Shown here: one piece after another, positions 57,910-64,000 of the stretch
Numbering within the stretch: position 1 is the first letter of the stretch
How the letters are laid out: each line of letters begins with the position of its first letter
DNA from: an uncultured Bdellovibrio sp.
GTDB lineage: Bacteria > Bdellovibrionota > Bdellovibrionia > Bdellovibrionales > Bdellovibrionaceae
DNA: 64,000 bases
Direction: 5' to 3'
NCBI GenBank assembly: GCA_963932905.1
Contig: CAWVRN010000002.1
Span: 128,001-192,000, forward strand
Position numbers and translations under genes: made by a program
Notes under the pieces: generated by a model
What the model was told of the DNA's origin: nothing
The model's input: the letters and a program-made list of their open reading frames with translations, nothing else
Database searches by the model: none

Positions 57910-58974
57910 CTATTTATTTTCGATAGTGTAAAAAAATACTGAGAAAGTTTTTCCGCCAAGAAAATTTTGCGACTTAAAAATCTCAAACGGGCTAATGGCC
58001 GTTAGGTATTCCTGCTGCGAGGTCATGGGGAATTTTGAAAGTATTTCAGCCATGTAGTAGGTCTGCATGCGGTCTGAATCGACATCGATCTCGCCACCGC
58101 CGATATAATCCAAATTTTGGTAGCTTTTGGCGCCGCTGTCCTGGCCGCCCACTTGGAATCGCTTAATAACTTTTACTTCTAACTGCAAACGGCCATTCGG
58201 TGAGTCTTTGACGGTTACGGTGTGGGTAATCCCTACGTCACTATCGACACCCGAGCTTTTAAGTCCCTGAAACCATTCGGTCGGTTTGTCTTTTTCGATC
58301 GTTTTAGATAGCTCAGTGTAGGCATTAAAGTCATCGCGGTAGGACAACACTCGAGTCATAGGAATGTTCATCACGCCTTGAGCAAAATCTGTGCTGTTCA
58401 TTTGGCCGTTAGCGCGTGCTTCTTGGGCCAGAATATCAAGGCCCTTTTGGGAGACTTCGGCAAAGTAAATTTTTAGTTCGTATTTACGAGTCGCAGTTTC
58501 GTCTTTAGCGGCTACCGGGTCCTTTTTAAACAGCTGATTTTCTAAATGCTGACGAATCTCTTCCGGAGTTTGATGTTTGATATCTTTGCCACTATCTGCT
58601 GCGGCGGCTGCCGTAGAAGGTTGGGGCGCAGTGTTTGGAGGCGTTTGCGAAGCATTGGAATTTGAATCTTCTTTTACGCCCCCAGTGACTTCAACTTGAG
58701 TAGATTCCTCATTGACGTATTGACGTTGAGAGAGACTAAATTTTTTGGAGTCTTTAGAGGCCGTACTGTGGACGCCGCGACTGGTTTTGAAAAAGTAAAA
58801 TGTGCCGGCGAACAAGGCTAAAATAACAAAAAAGAATACAGCCGTGGCGTTTTTAAGGATTTTGCCCACCAGTGTATCTGCTGGCGGTTTAAACGCAGCC
58901 ATCTCAATTCCGCATTTGGCGCAGAATGGATCTTTGGGCTGTTCAAAATGGCATTTCGGACATCGGACTAACAT
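57910..58974 (-). CDS. Zinc-ribbon membrane-anchored hypothetical protein
   Basis: CPKC..EQP....CAKCG, a TM, then an exported domain. Start moved from 59007 to ATG 58974. Confidence 0.75.
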   Translation of the reverse strand: MLVRCPKCHFEQPKDPFCAKCGIEMAAFKPPADTLVGKILKNATAVFFFVILALFAGTFYFFKTSRGVHSTASKDSKKFSLSQRQYVNEESTQVEVTGGVKEDSNSNASQTPPNTAPQPSTAAAAADSGKDIKHQTPEEIRQHLENQLFKKDPVAAKDETATRKYELKIYFAEVSQKGLDILAQEARANGQMNSTDFAQGVMNIPMTRVLSYRDDFNAYTELSKTIEKDKPTEWFQGLKSSGVDSDVGITHTVTVKDSPNGRLQLEVKVIKRFQVGGQDSGAKSYQNLDYIGGGEIDVDSDRMQTYYMAEILSKFPMTSQQEYLTAISPFEIFKSQNFLGGKTFSVFFYTIENK

Positions 58975-58998
58975 ATCTACAGGATAAGAGAATAGCCA

Positions 58999-59027
58999 TT
59001 GACGCACAATTAAAAAATTCTTACTTT
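58999..59027 (+). promoter_or_regulatory. Putative sigma-70 promoter giving a leaderless rsmH mRNA
   Basis: TTGACG-N17-TACTTT-N6-ATG; no Shine-Dalgarno. Confidence 0.6.
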
Positions 59028-59033
59028 CGGCCC

Positions 59034-59906
59034 ATGCTTCATATACCGGTCCTTTCGAATGAAATAGTCACTGCTTTTGAACCTTTTGTAGATCAATCTG
59101 AGATCGTTTATTTAGATGGTACCTTCGGGCGTGGTGGCCATTATAAGCTACTTCTGGAAAAGAATCCCAACCTTAAAACCTTTGCTTTTGACCAGGACCC
59201 AGATGCCCACACGTATGCTCACGAACATTTTGCGGATTTAATTCAATCAAAAAGATTGAATTTGTACCAAGATAACTTTTTGAATTTTGATAAACACTAT
59301 TCCGGTGGTATCGACTTCGCACTTTTAGATTTAGGTGTCAGTTCACCACAGTTAGACCGCCCCGAGCGCGGTTTTAGCTTCTATCATGATGGCCCACTGG
59401 ATATGCGCATGAATAATTTAGAAGGCGAAACGGCAGCTGATCTTGTGAATAGCATGAGCGAAAATGATCTAGTGGTCTTGTTCAAGACTTTCGGAGAGAT
59501 CCACAATCCATTTCGTGTGGTTCGCGCCATTGTTGAAGATAGAAAAGCGACTCCCTTCACAACGACAAAACAGTTAGCTGGTTTGATTGAACGAGTGGAT
59601 GGATGGCGCAAGAAAGGATTCCATCCGGCGACTCAGTATTTCATGGCATTGCGACTGAAAGTAAATCGTGAATTAGAAGTTGTCGATCAAGTTTTGCCAA
59701 AACTGATGGAGAAAATGAACAAGAATGGTCGCTTGGCTGTTATCACGTTTCATTCGTTAGAAGATCGTATTGTCAAAAATCTATTTCGTATTTATCCAGA
59801 ACTTGGCGATCCATTACGCCGTAAAGTGACTCACCCAACACGCGAGGAAGAATTAGCAAATCCTCGTAGTCGCAGTGCCAAGCTGCGTGTGTTTGTACGT
59901 ACGTAG
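59034..59906 (+). CDS. rsmH: 16S rRNA m4C1402 methyltransferase
   Basis: HIPVL, DGTFGRGGH, DLGVSSPQLD..ERGFS, DGPLDMRM, FHSLEDR, NPRSRSAKLR. Start moved from 58926 to 59034. Confidence 0.97.
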   Translation: MLHIPVLSNEIVTAFEPFVDQSEIVYLDGTFGRGGHYKLLLEKNPNLKTFAFDQDPDAHTYAHEHFADLIQSKRLNLYQDNFLNFDKHYSGGIDFALLDLGVSSPQLDRPERGFSFYHDGPLDMRMNNLEGETAADLVNSMSENDLVVLFKTFGEIHNPFRVVRAIVEDRKATPFTTTKQLAGLIERVDGWRKKGFHPATQYFMALRLKVNRELEVVDQVLPKLMEKMNKNGRLAVITFHSLEDRIVKNLFRIYPELGDPLRRKVTHPTREEELANPRSRSAKLRVFVRT

Positions 59907-59920
59907 CTAAGCCTGGACCC

Positions 59921-59957
59921 GATAATAGTCGCGTCCAGAGGTCTGGCGGCTATTGTC
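59921..59957 (+). other. Intercistronic stem-loop between rsmH and ftsL
   Basis: GATAATAGTCGC pairs with GCGGCTATTGTC (with G-U pairs); T-rich tail downstream. Confidence 0.55.
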
Positions 59958-60012
59958 TTAGGTTTTCCCTTTTTTACCACAATAATGTTTAATTAAGGGA
60001 AAGAGGTCATGG

Positions 60013-60342
60013 ATGAACTCGGTTTTCTATAAGCGCAATCGTAAAGATATTAATCCCTTTTTAAGTATCATGATATTGGTGGGCACATTGTTTCTAATTG
60101 CCTTCTTGCACATGGAAGAGCGCCGTTTGGGATATCAGATTTACTATTTAGCCCAGCAAAATAAAAAAATAGAAATCGAGAGAAAGATTAAAGAAATCGA
60201 TTTAGCAAAGCTAGCGATTCCTTCGCAGATTATGTCGTTCGCGAAGCACAAGCTAACTCTGCGTAACCCAGAGTTAAATCAAATAATTCATTTAGCGTCA
60301 CCAACACCACAAGCAGATATAAAAGGGAAGTCGTTCGATTGA
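60013..60342 (+). CDS. ftsL: Cell division protein FtsL-like
   Basis: Short N-tail, one TM, leucine-zipper-like helix, A..KL.L..P; lies between rsmH and ftsI. Confidence 0.75.
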   Translation: MNSVFYKRNRKDINPFLSIMILVGTLFLIAFLHMEERRLGYQIYYLAQQNKKIEIERKIKEIDLAKLAIPSQIMSFAKHKLTLRNPELNQIIHLASPTPQADIKGKSFD

Positions 60343-62240
60343 AAGCTAGAATCATCATAATATTTTTATTCTTTTCGACAGTTTGGTTACTTGTGCTTTC
60401 GCGCGCATTTTATATTCAAGTTTGGCCCAATGAAAAATTGGCTCAGCTACAAGAAAGAAAGTACCAAACTAGAATCAAGTTGAATTCTCAACGTGGCAGC
60501 TTTTTAGATAAAGACAAACGTGAAATTGCGATGTCGCAGATTTCGTATTCCATCTACGCGGATCCGAAGTTAATTAAATCACCTAAAACCACAGCCCGCC
60601 AACTAAGTAAGATTTTGGGCGTTAGTTACGAATCTATTTTTCCTAAAATCAAAGACAAAAATCGACGTTTTGTCTGGTTGCAACGCTTTATCGATGATAA
60701 CAAATTCGCTAGAGTAAAAGCGGCCGATCTTGAAGGCATTTCGTCTGTCCAAGAATGGAAGCGTGTTTATCCGTTTGAAAATCTATATAAAGGAATCATT
60801 GGGATAGTGGGGCAAGAAGGCAATGGACTTGAGGGCCTTGAATTGCGCTATGATAAAGCGATTGCGGGTGATAGCGAAAAAATCAATGTTAAGCGAGATG
60901 CTCGCGGACGCCCACTGAACATCGACGGGATGATCGTAACAGAAAATCAAATGGGTAATGATTTGGTAATGACAATTGATACCGATTTACAGTTCTATTT
61001 TGAAACTCAGCTGCGCGAAACAATGCAAACGTTCGAAGGTGAAGGGGCAATTGGAATTGTAATGGATGCGGCAACGTCAGAAATTCGGGCGATGGTATCG
61101 TTAACTAACAATAGTCGACATGATTTAGTTCTAAAACAAAAAGCAATTACGGATGTGTTTGAACCTGGCTCTACATTGAAGCCATTTGTGATGGCCTTGG
61201 GATTAGAAGAAAACTTAATTCAAGCTAACTCTAAAATATTCTGTGAATATGGAAAAATGAAAGTAGCCGATCGATGGATTAAAGAATCGGATTCGCATCA
61301 TCAGTTTGCTTATCTGAGTCCGTCTGAAATTTTAGCGTTTTCATCCAATATCGGTATCGCTAAAGTTGGGTTTCAGTTAGGAACTGAAAAATTACGCGAT
61401 GGTTTACTAAAATTTGGTTTTGGGCAAAAAACAATGGTCGATTTCCCAGGGGAATCAAAAGGTGTCCTACATGAAACGCCATGGAATTCGCATTTATTGG
61501 CGAATATTTCTTTCGGTCAAGGTATCTCTGTAAATGCGTTACAACTGACAAACTCGTTTGCGGCCTTGGTGAACGGCGGTTTGTTGAATAAGCCCACCTT
61601 ACTTAAAGGACGTAGAAATACAGAAACTCTGGAATATACAGAGATGGAAAAAGCGCCGGCGACGCGAGTGATTTCGAAAAAGACTTCGGATTTGCTGAAA
61701 GTTATGTTGTCATCGGTAACTCACGAAGGTGGAACGGGCGTGAATGCGCGAGTTCCCGGCTTCTTAATTGGTGGAAAAACGGGAACCGCACAGAAGGCAA
61801 GCTCGAAGTTCCGTGGTTATGAACCTAATGCCTACCTTTCTAGTTTTATAGGATTTATTCCCGTGCATGAACCTAAATATGTAATCTACGCGATGGTCGA
61901 TACACCAAAGAAATCTTTTTATGGTTCGCAGGTAGCGGCGCCTGTGTTTGCTAAGGTCGCCTCTTTTCTTGCCCGTAAAGATGGAATGGTCCCAAATTTA
62001 ATTTCGGATAAAAATCTGGTGGCTGGTTTTGACAAAATTAAAAACCAAAAAACAAAAACTAAATCGGCGATTGACGGACTTAATTCTGCACCTAAAATTT
62101 TGTCGCTCCGAGATGTTTTAAAATCTCCACATGCTACAGACGATTTGGAATTCTCGGGACGGGGATCAAAAGTGGAATTAACAGAATCTGAAGACACGGT
62201 TACGGGGACGAAGAAAATAAAAGTGATTTTAAGAAATTAA
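60339..62240 (+). CDS. ftsI: Division transpeptidase PBP3
   Basis: RG...D, GLEGLE, FEPGSTLK (SxxK), SSNIG, GKTGTAQK; dcw position. Confidence 0.93.
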   Translation: MKARIIIIFLFFSTVWLLVLSRAFYIQVWPNEKLAQLQERKYQTRIKLNSQRGSFLDKDKREIAMSQISYSIYADPKLIKSPKTTARQLSKILGVSYESIFPKIKDKNRRFVWLQRFIDDNKFARVKAADLEGISSVQEWKRVYPFENLYKGIIGIVGQEGNGLEGLELRYDKAIAGDSEKINVKRDARGRPLNIDGMIVTENQMGNDLVMTIDTDLQFYFETQLRETMQTFEGEGAIGIVMDAATSEIRAMVSLTNNSRHDLVLKQKAITDVFEPGSTLKPFVMALGLEENLIQANSKIFCEYGKMKVADRWIKESDSHHQFAYLSPSEILAFSSNIGIAKVGFQLGTEKLRDGLLKFGFGQKTMVDFPGESKGVLHETPWNSHLLANISFGQGISVNALQLTNSFAALVNGGLLNKPTLLKGRRNTETLEYTEMEKAPATRVISKKTSDLLKVMLSSVTHEGGTGVNARVPGFLIGGKTGTAQKASSKFRGYEPNAYLSSFIGFIPVHEPKYVIYAMVDTPKKSFYGSQVAAPVFAKVASFLARKDGMVPNLISDKNLVAGFDKIKNQKTKTKSAIDGLNSAPKILSLRDVLKSPHATDDLEFSGRGSKVELTESEDTVTGTKKIKVILRN

Positions 62241-64000
62241 TTGGCCTCGGCGGGAGCTCTTGTATTTTGGATCCAGTGGTAACCGCGGCAGCCCAGCTTG
62301 CCAGGTTGTGAGAAGCATGTCGAAAATTCGCCCAACATAAAATCGCTGCTTGGATTTAATTTAGCCGTAATTTCCGGATTGGCAATAAATGCGACTCCTT
62401 TTGAAGATAGCTGGAAATAGTTGTTTCGACCCCAGCAATAGAGTTCATCGCTAGTAGATTCTGCGCAAGTATGGAATTTGCCGACTTTTACTTTTTTAAA
62501 TTTCAAATTTTTCGAAACTAGGGTTGGTTTCAAAGTTGGTTCTTGGTGACCAAGTCCAATTTGTCCAAAATCATTTTTTCCCCAACATTTAACTTGATCG
62601 TCCATGGTTATACCGCAGGAATGGAAGTCCCCTAGTGATATCTGTTTATAGCGAGTCTCAGGATCAATGTTTTGTATTGTGCCTTGGTAATGAGCTTGTC
62701 CAGTTCCCAGTTGGCCGAAATCGCTACGCCCCCAGCAGCGTAATGTGTCGTCTTCTTTTATTCCGCATACATGGTAGGCACCAGAAGAAATAGATTTAAA
62801 TTTTGTAGTTGGATCAACTGTCAGTGGCACTTTAGATGATTTAATGTGAGCTAATCCCAGCTGAACAAAATCACCCCGTCCCCAGCACTTTGCTAATCCA
62901 TCCACGCTAATTCCGCATGTGTGATACAGGCCAACACTGATCGATTTGTACTGATTGTTGGGATCAACAGTCGTCGGCGTGGCCACGTTTTGTTGAGTTG
63001 GGTCGCCTATCTGGCCGTAGCTATTGTCGCCCCAGCATTTAAGTGCGCGCCAGTCCCGGTCATCTTTTTTTACAATCGTGATCCCGCAGCTGTGGAATAA
63101 GCCAATCTGCAAGGATTCCCATTTTGGAAATGTATTGATTTCCAGCATTTGAACATAGTCTTTGCTGGTAGCGGCTCCCAGTTGATGAAAGCGATTGTCG
63201 CCCCAACAAAACGTTTTTCTATCAGATGTTTGAAGGCAACCCTGATTTCCGATGGCTGTCATTTCAATGATATTCTCGAAAGGCATTTCAAAATTTTTAA
63301 ACAGGTCCAATTTGCTCTTCGCAATTTCTGAATTCGATACAAGTATTGCATTGTTTTTCGTTTTATTTTTTGGCATCTCATAGCCAACGAAATAAATCAT
63401 TAACAATAGGATTACCGCAAATGCGCCGTATATCCATTTCAAATCTTTTTTAGTTTCGAGCTCTTTAAATTCGCTTAGGTCTTGAACTTTAAAATTGATT
63501 GCCTTTAGCGATGTTGTTGTGCGCGAGTTTGATGTTTTACCATCAGCCTGACTGGCAACGATAACCGAATGGCCGGTCGAAGAATCGCTATCGGGATGAT
63601 ACGAGTATTCAGAAAAGTCATCCGAGTTTAGCTTTAGCTGACTAAATTTGAGAAGTTTATCCTGGGACTTTTCAAACGAGTGATAAAATGTATTTTTCAA
63701 ATAGTCGCTAAAGATATGTTTGTTAAACTCTGGAAAATGAATGTTTAAAAAAGTACTAACTGCATTGGATAACTCTTGGCCTGATTGGTAGCGTTCATTT
63801 TTATCTGTCGAAAGGCAGCGATTTACAATTTGGACAAGCTCCTGATATTTTTCGTCGACGTGCAATCCTAAATCAGGAACAAAACCTTGTTTGATTTTAT
63901 TTAAAGTTTCAATTTCTGTTTCAGAAGCGAAAAGGCGTCGATTAGCAATCAGTTCCCAAGTTATCACACCCAACGAGAAAATGTCGGTTCTGTAATCCAT
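62237..64000 (-). CDS. Ser/Thr (Hanks) protein kinase with TM and extracytoplasmic RCC1/BLIP-II-like repeats, 5' end outside the window
   Basis: DYRTDIFSLGVITWEL (subdomain IX), RCL....ERY (XI), one TM, repeated G..H.CGI...CWG.N..GQLG units. Confidence 0.9.
   Translation of the reverse strand: MDYRTDIFSLGVITWELIANRRLFASETEIETLNKIKQGFVPDLGLHVDEKYQELVQIVNRCLSTDKNERYQSGQELSNAVSTFLNIHFPEFNKHIFSDYLKNTFYHSFEKSQDKLLKFSQLKLNSDDFSEYSYHPDSDSSTGHSVIVASQADGKTSNSRTTTSLKAINFKVQDLSEFKELETKKDLKWIYGAFAVILLLMIYFVGYEMPKNKTKNNAILVSNSEIAKSKLDLFKNFEMPFENIIEMTAIGNQGCLQTSDRKTFCWGDNRFHQLGAATSKDYVQMLEINTFPKWESLQIGLFHSCGITIVKKDDRDWRALKCWGDNSYGQIGDPTQQNVATPTTVDPNNQYKSISVGLYHTCGISVDGLAKCWGRGDFVQLGLAHIKSSKVPLTVDPTTKFKSISSGAYHVCGIKEDDTLRCWGRSDFGQLGTGQAHYQGTIQNIDPETRYKQISLGDFHSCGITMDDQVKCWGKNDFGQIGLGHQEPTLKPTLVSKNLKFKKVKVGKFHTCAESTSDELYCWGRNNYFQLSSKGVAFIANPEITAKLNPSSDFMLGEFSTCFSQPGKLGCRGYHWIQNTRAPAEAN

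Noticed and set aside
58926..59033. N-terminal extensions of rsmH and of the 57910..59007 ORF
   Set aside because: They overlap each other and a clear promoter; conserved sequence begins at 59034 and 58974.

Overview
Gene-dense bacterial chromosome segment, most consistent with a predatory Bdellovibrionota (Bdellovibrionaceae-like) genome. That is an inference from the gene set (Tad/Flp locus beside aspS and rpoH, LspA-HAMP fusion, dacB plus lytic transglycosylase, Cys-rich pilin-like proteins), not from a database search. The backbone is housekeeping: htpG-trxA, glmU-glmS, mltF, tdk, trmFO, rpoH, aspS, folD, lspA, dacB, thyA-folA, hpt, upp, rsmH-ftsL-ftsI. Accessory blocks: (i) 14.1-21.4 kb, three tandem type IV prepilin-like genes, two ending in an N-x-V-TG-A-x-x-CP-x-G Cys-rich module that recalls PilV-type adhesin tips and the MPEG1/perforin-2 P2 repeat, transcribed divergently from a five-gene membrane operon built around a spermidine-synthase-like enzyme with an altered acceptor pocket; (ii) 21.6-25.0 kb, an outer-membrane beta-barrel plus large lipoprotein pair; (iii) 32.6-43.0 kb, a split Tad/Flp locus without tadB/tadC that encloses a secreted (GGL)n/poly-Q protein; (iv) 55.9-56.5 kb, a structured intergenic region with a small protein, a palindromic element and a candidate sRNA; (v) a partial Ser/Thr kinase-RCC1 receptor gene convergent on ftsI. 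No rRNA, tRNA, CRISPR array, transposase or integrase was recognised. All calls come from motif reading by eye.
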